From the NCBI GenBank assembly GCA_016214325.1, contig JACROS010000030.1, positions 1 through 45,462 on the forward strand: a DNA stretch of 45,462 nt, given 5' to 3'. Made by a program: the position numbers and the translations under genes. Below, one piece after another: positions 29,167-36,806 of the stretch; the first letter of the stretch is position 1; each line of letters opens with the position of its first letter. The notes below the pieces were generated by a model that ran no database searches, had not been told where the DNA came from, and saw nothing but the letters and a program-made list of their open reading frames with translations. Source of the stretch: Candidatus Omnitrophota bacterium (GTDB taxonomy: Bacteria > Omnitrophota > Gorgyraeia > Gygaellales > Profunditerraquicolaceae).

Positions 29167-29535
29167 ATGGAAAAGAAAAAAATACTTTTAGTGGATGATG
29201 AACCTGCTTTTGTAGAGATGGTGAAATTGCGCCTTGAGATGAATAACTATCAGGTGGTTACTGCTTATGATGGCAAAGAAGCTTTAGAAAAAGTAGAACA
29301 AGAAATGCCGAATTTGATTATCTTGGATGTTCTAATGCCTAAGCTCAACGGTTATGATTGCTGTAATATTCTTAAAAGTAATCCTAAATACAAGGACATT
29401 CCGGTGTTATTTTTAACCGTTAAAGCAGGTGATGAGGATAACGCCTTGGTTAAGAAATGCGGAGCAGAAGACTTTATAGTTAAGCCTTTTGATCCCCAGA
29501 ATTTACTTGCCCGGATTAAAGAATTAACTTCCTAA
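29167..29535 (+). CDS. Single-domain response regulator receiver (CheY-like)
   Basis: LLVDDEP, LIILDVLMPKLNG and FIVKPF motifs. AGGAGG RBS upstream. Confidence 0.85.
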   Translation: MEKKKILLVDDEPAFVEMVKLRLEMNNYQVVTAYDGKEALEKVEQEMPNLIILDVLMPKLNGYDCCNILKSNPKYKDIPVLFLTVKAGDEDNALVKKCGAEDFIVKPFDPQNLLARIKELTS

Positions 29536-29578
29536 AAGAAGTGCATCATTTGTTTTTGTCTAGAAAAAAGGAGGCGTA

Positions 29579-29944
29579 GTGAGAATTCTTGTTGCTGACG
29601 ATGAGCAGGATGTTTTGCAGTTTACAAAGAGTTTCTTAGAAAGAAAAGGCCATAAGGTTGATACTGCTGTTGACGGCAGGGAAGCGATTGGTTTGATTGA
29701 GGAGAAGGATTACGGAATTGTTTTTTTGGATGAAAACATGCCGGAATTGACCGGGCTTGAAGTAGTAGGGCGAATTAAAAAGATTGGGCTTATGGTAAAA
29801 ATTGTTTTAATTACTGGTTATGCGGCTATAAAAGAAGATTTGGCAAGATTAGTAGGTGTTGATGAATATGTCCAAAAGCCAATTGACCTTGAGAAGATTT
29901 TGTGCATAGTAGAGAAATATAAGAATCAGTCTTTAGAAGAATAG
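29579..29944 (+). CDS. Single-domain response regulator receiver (CheY-like), GTG start
   Basis: ILVADDEQD, IVFLDENMPELTG and VQKPI motifs. AAGGAGG RBS lies 6 nt upstream of GTG 29579. Confidence 0.8.
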   Translation: MRILVADDEQDVLQFTKSFLERKGHKVDTAVDGREAIGLIEEKDYGIVFLDENMPELTGLEVVGRIKKIGLMVKIVLITGYAAIKEDLARLVGVDEYVQKPIDLEKILCIVEKYKNQSLEE

Positions 29945-30684
29945 TTTCGGATATGATTGATAATAGCCTGAATAGCTGGTTCAGGTGTTGATGCTCCGGC
30001 AGTAATTCCTACTGATTTAGCGTTATTAAACCACTCCTTTTTAATCTCATTTTCTGAGCCTATCCAGTAGCTGTTTTTGTTAAGATTACGGGAAATTTCA
30101 TATAAGCGTTTGCTGTTAGCGCTGTTTTTTGAGCCAATAATAATCATTACGTCATTCCCAAGGGGCATTTTTTTTATTTCTTCCTGTTTAATTATTGTGG
30201 GCCGGCAAATTGTATTAAAGAATTTTACATTCTTTATTTTTGCTTTAATGATTTTTAAGACCTTCTTAACTTTATCAAAGTTTTGGGTTGATTGAGCTAC
30301 AACGCAGGCTTTTTTTATTTTATGCAGGCTATTGAGTATAATAATTTGAAAGCCCAGCTTTTCTTTTTCCATTACAATTTTATGAATTTCTTTTACCATC
30401 GGACAAGTTGCGTCAACAATTCTATATCCAAGCTTTTTGGCTTTGGCGAAAGTTTTCCTGCAGGCGCCGTGCGCACGGATAAGAAGCGTTTTGCTCTTGC
30501 CACAGCTAAGTAGTGTAATCTTTTGAATACCTGATTTTGTGATTAGTTTTACAACCTCTTCATTGTGAACGATATCTCCGAGCATGCAGACATTTTTCTC
30601 TGTTTTTGCGGTATTTACGGCAATTTTTAATGCACGCTTTACGCCAAAACAAAAACCTGCCGATTTAGCTAAATTTATTCGCAT
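29926..30684 (-). CDS. ispH: 4-hydroxy-3-methylbut-2-enyl diphosphate reductase (IspH/LytB), shortened: lacks the central G-x-x-x-HPE segment
   Basis: GFCFGVKRA, HNEEVV, DATCPMVKEIH, AQSTQ, NTICRPT, GSKNSANSKRL and ITAGASTPE motifs, including the three cluster cysteines. At 252 aa it is shorter than the ~280-315 aa of homologues I recall. Confidence 0.8.
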   Translation of the reverse strand: MRINLAKSAGFCFGVKRALKIAVNTAKTEKNVCMLGDIVHNEEVVKLITKSGIQKITLLSCGKSKTLLIRAHGACRKTFAKAKKLGYRIVDATCPMVKEIHKIVMEKEKLGFQIIILNSLHKIKKACVVAQSTQNFDKVKKVLKIIKAKIKNVKFFNTICRPTIIKQEEIKKMPLGNDVMIIIGSKNSANSKRLYEISRNLNKNSYWIGSENEIKKEWFNNAKSVGITAGASTPEPAIQAIINHIRNYSSKD

Positions 30685-30706
30685 AGATAATCTCTAAATA
30701 ATGGTT

Positions 30707-31747
30707 CTAAAGACTGAGCGTTTTTCTTGAGAAATCAAACAGAGCTTTTTTGTATTGAGGATACATTTTTAAAGATTTATTCATTGATTGTGATTTTTTT
30801 ATAAGGTTTGCGATTTCATTTCTTGCGTAATCAAGCGCTCCTGATGAAGAGATGATTTCGCGAATCCTTAAAAGGTCTTGTTTATTAACATTCTTTCCTG
30901 AAAAAATAGTTTTTATAGTTTTCTTGTTTTTAATTGAGCTGTGGTTGTAGGCATACCAGATAAGAATAGTTTTTTTTGCTTCTTGAATATCGGTAGTGTT
31001 GGATTTTCCGATTTCTTTTTCTTCGCTGAATGTTCCAAGAATATCATCTTGTATCTGAAAGGCCCTTCCTAGATATATCCCAAATTGGTGTAATTTTGAA
31101 ATTTCCTGTTTATTTGCTCCTGCTAATGTTGCTCCCATTACAAGCGGAGTGGCAAAAGTGTAATTAGCTGTTTTTAGGTCGTAGATTTTATAAATTTCTT
31201 TTTGAGAGATTTTCTCAATGTTTTCTGCTGCATAGAGTAGTTCAATAAACTCTCCGCTTCCAGTGTAAAAAGCTGCTTCAATGAGCTTTTTAAAAGCCGC
31301 CTCTTTGTTAGCCAGGTTTTCTTTTACTGACAAGAAAGCGTCTAGTGCCATAGCATACATAACATCTCCGGCAATAATTGTTAAATCCTGGCCGTTAAAT
31401 TTTATATTTTCCTTTTTTAAAAGGTATTTGTTAAAGATAGCATGCATTGAAGGCCTGCCTCTGCGTGTGTCAGACTTGTCAATAATATCATCGTGAACAA
31501 GCATGAAATCGTGCAAGAGCTCAATGGCAATTGCGCTTCTATAAAGCTGGGGGGGAGTTTTTTTGCTGTATCCGAGGTAACCGATTGTAAAAAGAGTGGG
31601 CCGGACGCGTTTACCCGGGCGAGAAATAAATTCCTTAATGCTTTTATAGAGGAGGCTGGAAATAGAACTAAGGTGGTATAATTTATCTACATCTTGAATA
31701 TATCCGGCAAGTTCCTGCTCTATTTTATTTCTTATTTTCAAAAACAT
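30707..31747 (-). CDS. Polyprenyl diphosphate synthase (trans-isoprenyl diphosphate synthase family)
   Basis: First aspartate-rich motif LVHDDIIDKSDTRRGRP and second motif FQIQDDILG. Chain length cannot be predicted by eye. Confidence 0.85.
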   Translation of the reverse strand: MFLKIRNKIEQELAGYIQDVDKLYHLSSISSLLYKSIKEFISRPGKRVRPTLFTIGYLGYSKKTPPQLYRSAIAIELLHDFMLVHDDIIDKSDTRRGRPSMHAIFNKYLLKKENIKFNGQDLTIIAGDVMYAMALDAFLSVKENLANKEAAFKKLIEAAFYTGSGEFIELLYAAENIEKISQKEIYKIYDLKTANYTFATPLVMGATLAGANKQEISKLHQFGIYLGRAFQIQDDILGTFSEEKEIGKSNTTDIQEAKKTILIWYAYNHSSIKNKKTIKTIFSGKNVNKQDLLRIREIISSSGALDYARNEIANLIKKSQSMNKSLKMYPQYKKALFDFSRKTLSL

Positions 31748-31770
31748 GGCAGTATGTTAACATATAGGGA

Positions 31771-32670
31771 ATGAATATGCAAATTAAATATATTGCTCGT
31801 GCTTTACGGTTAGCTTTTGTAACAGCAAGTGTCCTGCCTTATGTTTTTGGTTCACTAATAAATACTAAAAAATTTTGTTTTTTAAGCTTTATTTTTGGTT
31901 TATTTGCAGTTGTTTGTACCCATCTAAGCGCTAATTTGATCAATGATTATGCTGATGCAAAAACTGGCGCTGATTCTCATGATGCTGTGTTTTATGGCTT
32001 TTTTGGCGGCTCAAAGCTGATTCAGGAAGGCAGGTTTCTACCGGAAGTTTATTTTAAATTTGCAGTTTTGTTTGCCGTAATTGCATTATCCTGCGTATTT
32101 GCCTTGTCTTTGTTATTAAAGAGTGTTTTTATTATTTTAATTTATTTTATAATAATTATTTTAAGCTGGCAGTATTCTGCAAAACCATTGCAGTTTTGCT
32201 ATTACCGTTTAGGAGAGTTTTTTATTTTTCTGCTTTTTGGCCCGGCATTGGTGATGGGAGGGTATTTTATTCAGACCGGGATATTCCCGGATTTAAAAAG
32301 TTTTGTTTTGTCTGTGCCGTTCGGATTATTTACAACTGCGATTTTATTTGCCAATGAAGTTCCTGATTTTATTACAGATGTTAAATCAGCTAAATTTACA
32401 TGGGTAGGTTTAGTAAAACAGAATAAAACTTATTTGGCGTATATGTTGATAGTGTTTTTGGCTTTTTCTTTTGTGGGGTTATCTGTTATTCTGGGATTTT
32501 TAAAGCCCTTAGCTTTATTCTCGCTTATTTTTATTTTTCCTTCATTAAAAGCAGCAAACATTCTAAGAAAGCATTATTTAGATAAAATCAGGCTTGTTGA
32601 GTCCTCTAAGTTGACCATTGCTGTGCAGGCAGCGGTAAGCGTTGTTTTGATTCTGGGAATATGGTTATGA
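31771..32670 (+). CDS. menA: UbiA-superfamily prenyltransferase, MenA-like (1,4-dihydroxy-2-naphthoate prenyltransferase)
   Basis: NLINDYADAKTGAD matches the MenA N-D-Y-x-D-x-x-x-G-x-D motif. 8-9 TM segments. Divergently adjacent to the polyprenyl synthase. Confidence 0.65.
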   Translation: MNMQIKYIARALRLAFVTASVLPYVFGSLINTKKFCFLSFIFGLFAVVCTHLSANLINDYADAKTGADSHDAVFYGFFGGSKLIQEGRFLPEVYFKFAVLFAVIALSCVFALSLLLKSVFIILIYFIIIILSWQYSAKPLQFCYYRLGEFFIFLLFGPALVMGGYFIQTGIFPDLKSFVLSVPFGLFTTAILFANEVPDFITDVKSAKFTWVGLVKQNKTYLAYMLIVFLAFSFVGLSVILGFLKPLALFSLIFIFPSLKAANILRKHYLDKIRLVESSKLTIAVQAAVSVVLILGIWL

Positions 32671-33788
32671 AGAAAGTAGTGATTATCGGAGGAGGCTTTG
32701 CAGGTTTATCTGCTTTAAAGGTGCTTGCGAGATCTGGGCTGGGGCTCAAGGTTGTTTTGATAGATAGAAAACAAACCTTTGGTTTTTTGCCGCTTTTGCC
32801 GGATTGTATTGGAAGAGGAATTAATCCGGATAATTTAGTTTGCAAAATTATAAATATTTGCAAAAAGTTTCAGGCAGATTTTATAAATAAAGAAGTTGAG
32901 GCAGTTAATCTTGAACAAAAGAAAATTTATCTCGAGGCTGAGAACCTGAGTTATGATTATCTGGTTATTTCAAGCGGCAGTGAAACAAATTTTTATGGAA
33001 ATAATGAAATTAGGCTTTGCTTAAATGCTTTAGATGATGCAGTAGATGCAGAAAAGATTGTTTCTGCCTTGAAGGAAAATAATTTTGATAATTATCTTGT
33101 AGTTGGAGGCGGGTATACGGGTGTAGAGGTGGCAACAAATTTAAGGATTTATCTGGATAAAGCTAAGAAAACCGGAGAAATTATAATTGTTGAGCGCGCT
33201 GCTAGTATTTTAGGGAATCTTCCAGAGTGGATGAAGATTTATGTTTTAGATAATTTAAAAAGGCTGAAAATTAATGCCTATACAGGAAATTCTTTAAGTA
33301 ACGTTGATAAGTATCGAGTTAGATTATCTGATGGCAGGGAATTTAATAATTGCTTAGTGGTTTGGGCAGCAGGAGTTAAGACGGGTAGTTTTATTCAGAA
33401 TTTGGCGATTGAGAAAAACCCGCAAGGAAGAATTAAGGTAGATGACTATTTAAGGTTAAATGAAACTTGTTTTGTATGCGGAGACGCGGCAAATTTTTCT
33501 TTTAAGAATAATTTTTTAAGAATGGCAGTGCAATTTTCTATTACTGAAGGAGAAGTAGCTGCAGAAAATATTGTAAGGAGCATTAAAGGGGGGAGTTTGT
33601 CTAAATTTAAGCCTGTTGATTTAGGCTATATCGTTCCGATGGCAAATAATCGTTCATGCGGCGAGGTTTTTGGATTTAGGGTAAAAGGTGTCTTTGCGAC
33701 TTTGCTGCATTTTATTATGTGTATTTATCGTTCCTGCAGTATAAAGAATAAGATTGGAATTTTGAAAAATTTAAGTAAAGGAGGCTAG
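32661..33788 (+). CDS. ndh: Type II NADH:quinone oxidoreductase (NDH-2) family FAD-dependent oxidoreductase
   Basis: VVIIGGGFAGL and VVGGGYTGVEVA dinucleotide-binding motifs, and CGDAA near the C-terminus. ATG 32667 (MKKVVIIGGG) is an alternative start. Confidence 0.75.
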   Translation: MVMKKVVIIGGGFAGLSALKVLARSGLGLKVVLIDRKQTFGFLPLLPDCIGRGINPDNLVCKIINICKKFQADFINKEVEAVNLEQKKIYLEAENLSYDYLVISSGSETNFYGNNEIRLCLNALDDAVDAEKIVSALKENNFDNYLVVGGGYTGVEVATNLRIYLDKAKKTGEIIIVERAASILGNLPEWMKIYVLDNLKRLKINAYTGNSLSNVDKYRVRLSDGREFNNCLVVWAAGVKTGSFIQNLAIEKNPQGRIKVDDYLRLNETCFVCGDAANFSFKNNFLRMAVQFSITEGEVAAENIVRSIKGGSLSKFKPVDLGYIVPMANNRSCGEVFGFRVKGVFATLLHFIMCIYRSCSIKNKIGILKNLSKGG

Positions 33789-33790
33789 AT

Positions 33791-34186
33791 ATGGCAGATT
33801 TGGCGGTTTTGGTTTTGCGCATTTGTCTTGGTGTCGTATTTGTTGGGCATGGGATGCAGGCTGCATTTGGTTTGTTTGGTGGGCCAGGAATAGGCGGGTT
33901 TTCAAAGATGCTTGAGTCTTTGGGATTTATGCCGGCCTTGTTTTGGGCGTATGCGGGGGCCTATGTGGAATTGATAGGAGGATTGTTTATCCTTTTGGGA
34001 ATTCTCCCTAGAATTGCTGCTTTTTTCCTTTTAGTTTTTATGATTGTTGCTGCAACAAGAGTGCATTTAGCAAAAGGATTCTTTATCCAAAATGGCGGCT
34101 TTGAATATAATTTTGTTTTAGCTTGTGTTTGTATTGCGTTAATAATTCTTGGCGCAGGAAAAGTCAGTATATTTAATAAATTCTAA
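33791..34186 (+). CDS. DoxX-family membrane protein
   Basis: 131 aa, 4 TM. RICLGVVFVGHGMQ and ELIGGLFILLG motifs are typical of DoxX. Confidence 0.75.
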   Translation: MADLAVLVLRICLGVVFVGHGMQAAFGLFGGPGIGGFSKMLESLGFMPALFWAYAGAYVELIGGLFILLGILPRIAAFFLLVFMIVAATRVHLAKGFFIQNGGFEYNFVLACVCIALIILGAGKVSIFNKF

Positions 34187-34213
34187 AAATTTTTCTTGAC
34201 AAGATTTATATTC

Positions 34214-34240
34214 GTGTTACGTTATAAGAAAATGTAGCAC
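34214..34240. promoter_or_regulatory. NikR-box-like inverted repeat GTGTTAC-N13-GTAGCAC upstream of nikR (candidate autoregulatory operator)
   Basis: GTGTTAC at 34214-34220 and GTAGCAC at 34234-34240 form an inverted repeat with one mismatch and 20-bp half-site periodicity. It lies between a TTGACA hexamer (34196-34201) and the nikR RBS/GTG start. Confidence 0.5.
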
Positions 34241-34257
34241 TAATTAAAGGAGTTATT

Positions 34258-34674
34258 GTGTCGGCATTAGTAAGATTTGGTGTTTCATTGGAGAAAGATC
34301 TTCTTCAGAAGTTTGATTTACGGCTTAGAGAAAAAAGCTATACTAATCGTTCTGAAGCAATCCGTGATTTAATTCGGGAAGACCTAGTTAAAAAAGAGTG
34401 GCAAGGAGGGAAAGAAGTTACCGGTTCAATTACTCTTGTTTACGATCATCATAAGCGCCAGTTACTCAGTTATCTTATGGATATTCAGCATGATTTTTCA
34501 GGGAATATTATTTCTACCCAGCATATCCACCTGGACCATTTTAACTGCCTTGAAATTGTTGTAGTAAGGGGGAGGCCTTCAGACGTAGAGTTGCTTTTTG
34601 GAAAATTGAAATCCGCAAAGGGGGTAAAGCATGCTAGTATTGCCATGAGTACTACGGGAAAAGAAGTGAAATAA
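34258..34674 (+). CDS. nikR: Nickel-responsive transcriptional regulator NikR (ribbon-helix-helix + ACT-like Ni-binding domain)
   Basis: RFGVSLEKDLLQKFD...YTNRSEAIRDLIRE RHH domain. C-terminal domain has VYDHH...H...H.H.D..C, matching the high-affinity Ni site residues. GTG start with AAAGGAG RBS. Confidence 0.85.
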   Translation: MSALVRFGVSLEKDLLQKFDLRLREKSYTNRSEAIRDLIREDLVKKEWQGGKEVTGSITLVYDHHKRQLLSYLMDIQHDFSGNIISTQHIHLDHFNCLEIVVVRGRPSDVELLFGKLKSAKGVKHASIAMSTTGKEVK

Positions 34675-34690
34675 AAATTTTTTAATCTTG

Positions 34691-34720
34691 AGTAACACGA
34701 AAGTTATATAAGTAACACGA
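34691..34720. promoter_or_regulatory. Perfect 10-nt direct repeat AGTAACACGA x2 (GTAACAC-N13-GTAACAC), NikR half-site-like, upstream of the OM barrel / cbiM operon
   Basis: AGTAACACGA at 34691-34700 and 34711-34720. Same 20-bp periodicity as the nikR-upstream site, but the half-sites are direct rather than inverted. It ends 5 nt before the AAGGAG RBS of the next gene. Confidence 0.45.
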
Positions 34721-34734
34721 TAAGGAGAAGAAAG

Positions 34735-35649
34735 ATGCCGTTTAGGATTATGTTATTTGTGGTAATAATTTGTTTGAGTTTAGCAAGAAATATATTTTGC
34801 GATGAAGAAGTTAAAAAAGAACCAGATTGGAATCCTTATTCAGTTGGCCCGGTTGCCGGATGGACGGCTCCTGTTTGCGAGAAAGGACAGTTAATTGCTC
34901 AGCCGTTTTATTTTTATAATCACACCCGCGGCACATTTGATAGCCAGGGAAATTATAACAGCTTAGGCGGGGAGAATAGAAAAAATCAAATGGTTGAGCA
35001 GTTTTGTTTGCAGTATGGGATCACTGATCATTTGGAAATTAAGGCTCAGATGGCTTATCAGCAAAATCAGCTTAAGCAGGATGGGCAAACGGCGTATTCC
35101 AAAGGATTTGCGGATAGCTATGCATTTCTACGTTATTGTATGATTGAAGAATCGGGGTTTTTACCGCATTTAAGTTTGATGTATCAATTAAGAATACCAA
35201 CGGGTAAATTTCAGAAGGCTGATCCTGATAAGCTTGGGACGGATTTAATGGGCAATGGCTCATACGATAACGGAATCGGGGTAATTCTGACTAAGAAATT
35301 CAAGCCTTGGGTGATTCATTTTGACGGAGTTTACAATGTTCCTTCGGTTGCAAAGGTTGATGGTATAAAAATTAAGAATTCTCCATACCTGAATCTTGAT
35401 TTTGCTGTTGAATATTTTTTACCAAAAGGATTTAATTTAATGTTAGAATTAAACGGATATCTGCAAGGTGATAAGAGAGAAGCTGGAATAAAGTTAGAGT
35501 CTAGTGATACTAATTATTTAATTGTTTGCCCTGCGGTTGGGTGGTCAAACGAGAAAATACAAACGCTTTTGGCATATCAACGTACTGCTGTTGGCACGAA
35601 TACTGACGCAAATGATTCAGTTGTGCTAACGTTTCTTTATTCATTTTAA
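34735..35649 (+). CDS. Outer-membrane beta-barrel protein (small porin-like channel), candidate Ni/Co-related
   Basis: Signal peptide MPFRIMLFVVIICLSLARNIFC, beta-strand-type alternation, C-terminal LTFLYSF. Located between nikR and cbiM, downstream of the NikR-like repeat. Confidence 0.55.
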   Translation: MPFRIMLFVVIICLSLARNIFCDEEVKKEPDWNPYSVGPVAGWTAPVCEKGQLIAQPFYFYNHTRGTFDSQGNYNSLGGENRKNQMVEQFCLQYGITDHLEIKAQMAYQQNQLKQDGQTAYSKGFADSYAFLRYCMIEESGFLPHLSLMYQLRIPTGKFQKADPDKLGTDLMGNGSYDNGIGVILTKKFKPWVIHFDGVYNVPSVAKVDGIKIKNSPYLNLDFAVEYFLPKGFNLMLELNGYLQGDKREAGIKLESSDTNYLIVCPAVGWSNEKIQTLLAYQRTAVGTNTDANDSVVLTFLYSF

Positions 35650-35688
35650 TTTTATTAATTAAGATTTATGTTAAAGAAAGGAAAATGT

Positions 35689-36378
35689 ATGCATATTCCA
35701 GACGGGTATTTAGGCCCGGTGACAAGCGCTGTTACATATGCAATTATGCTGCCGGTTTGGGTAATTGCTTCAAAAATTGTAAAGAAAACACTTAAGGCAA
35801 AACAAGTTCCTTTGTTGGCAATTGGAGCGGCATTTAGTTTCGTGATTATGATGTTAAATGTTCCTATTCCAGGGGGCACAACCGGACATGCGGTTGGTGC
35901 GGTGTTGGTGGCAATTTTGCTTGGGCCGTGGGCGGCGTGTATTGCAATTACCGTGGCTTTGGTGGTGCAGGCATTGTTATTTGGCGATGGAGGGATTACT
36001 GCTATTGGAGCCAATTGTTTTAATATGGCATTTGTTGAAGTTTTTGCCGGGTATTATATTTATAGGCTTATAAGCGGACGGTCTCTGATTACATCAGCAA
36101 GAAGAGTGATTGCTGCAGGAGTAGCTGGTTATGCTGCTTTAAATATTGCTGCGTTATCTACGGCAGTTATGTTTGGTATTCAGCCGTTGTTGCATAAAAC
36201 CGCAAGCGGGCAATCGCTTTATTGTCCGTATGGTTTAAACGTTGCTATTCCGGTGATGCTAGGAGAGCATCTGTTAATTTTTGGCTGGATAGAAGCAATT
36301 GTAACGGCATTAGTCGTAAAATATCTGCAAAAACAGGAGCCGGATCTTCTTGGCGTATCAGAGGAGGTACTGGCATGA
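35689..36378 (+). CDS. cbiM: ECF-type Ni/Co transporter substrate-capture component CbiM/NikM
   Basis: N-terminus MHIPDGYL, where the conserved Met-His N-terminus takes part in metal binding. This fixes the start at ATG 35689 rather than 35668. 6-7 TM; GHAVGA and LLFGDGG motifs. Confidence 0.85.
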   Translation: MHIPDGYLGPVTSAVTYAIMLPVWVIASKIVKKTLKAKQVPLLAIGAAFSFVIMMLNVPIPGGTTGHAVGAVLVAILLGPWAACIAITVALVVQALLFGDGGITAIGANCFNMAFVEVFAGYYIYRLISGRSLITSARRVIAAGVAGYAALNIAALSTAVMFGIQPLLHKTASGQSLYCPYGLNVAIPVMLGEHLLIFGWIEAIVTALVVKYLQKQEPDLLGVSEEVLA

Positions 36379-36707
36379 GGACGACGACAAAATTATGGAT
36401 TGGCGTGGGAATATTGATATTATTATCACCTTTAGGCTTGATTCTTCCCGAGCGCTTCAAAGCAGGTGATGCCTGGGGAGAGTGGGGAGCGGATTCGTTT
36501 AAAGAATTAGTTGGATATATTCCCAAAGGATTAGAAAAATTATCAAGCTTTTGGAAAGCTCCTTTGCCGGATTATGCTTTTAAAGGCTGGGAAGATAAAG
36601 GTTTACTTGGCCTAAGCCTTGCCTATATTATTTCGGCAGTAGTTGGTATATTGGTAACTGTTGGTTTGGTTTTATTGATCGGAACTGTTTTACGAAAGAA
36701 AAAGTAA
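36375..36707 (+). CDS. PDGLE-domain small membrane protein (CbiN/NikN-like accessory component)
   Basis: ATG 36375 overlaps the cbiM stop (ATGA). N-terminal TM, then AWGEWG...IPKGLEKL...APLPDYAF matching the PDGLE family pattern, then a C-terminal TM. The longer ORF from 36222 lies inside cbiM. Confidence 0.65.
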   Translation: MRTTTKLWIGVGILILLSPLGLILPERFKAGDAWGEWGADSFKELVGYIPKGLEKLSSFWKAPLPDYAFKGWEDKGLLGLSLAYIISAVVGILVTVGLVLLIGTVLRKKK

Positions 36708-36806
36708 TTTTTAAGCTTAAAAACTTATTTTGGTTGTAGACAAAGATGTAAAAAAGGAGTATATTGGCATAAAAAGCTTAGGAATATACGCTGGAGCAGA
36801 GAAAAA

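Noticed and set aside
36222-36374. N-terminal 51-codon extension of the PDGLE-protein ORF (track ORF 36222-36707)
   Set aside because: The extension lies in an alternative frame of the cbiM coding region and has no membrane or family features. ATG 36375 overlaps the cbiM stop (ATGA) and gives the family-typical N-terminal TM.
36708-36723. Perfect 16-nt palindrome TTTTTAAGCTTAAAAA after the PDGLE gene as a terminator
   Set aside because: The stem is almost entirely A-T with only a central GC, which is too weak for a confident intrinsic terminator. It is noted only as a possible weak pause or processing site upstream of a hypA promoter-like TAGACA-17 nt-TATATT (36737-36765).
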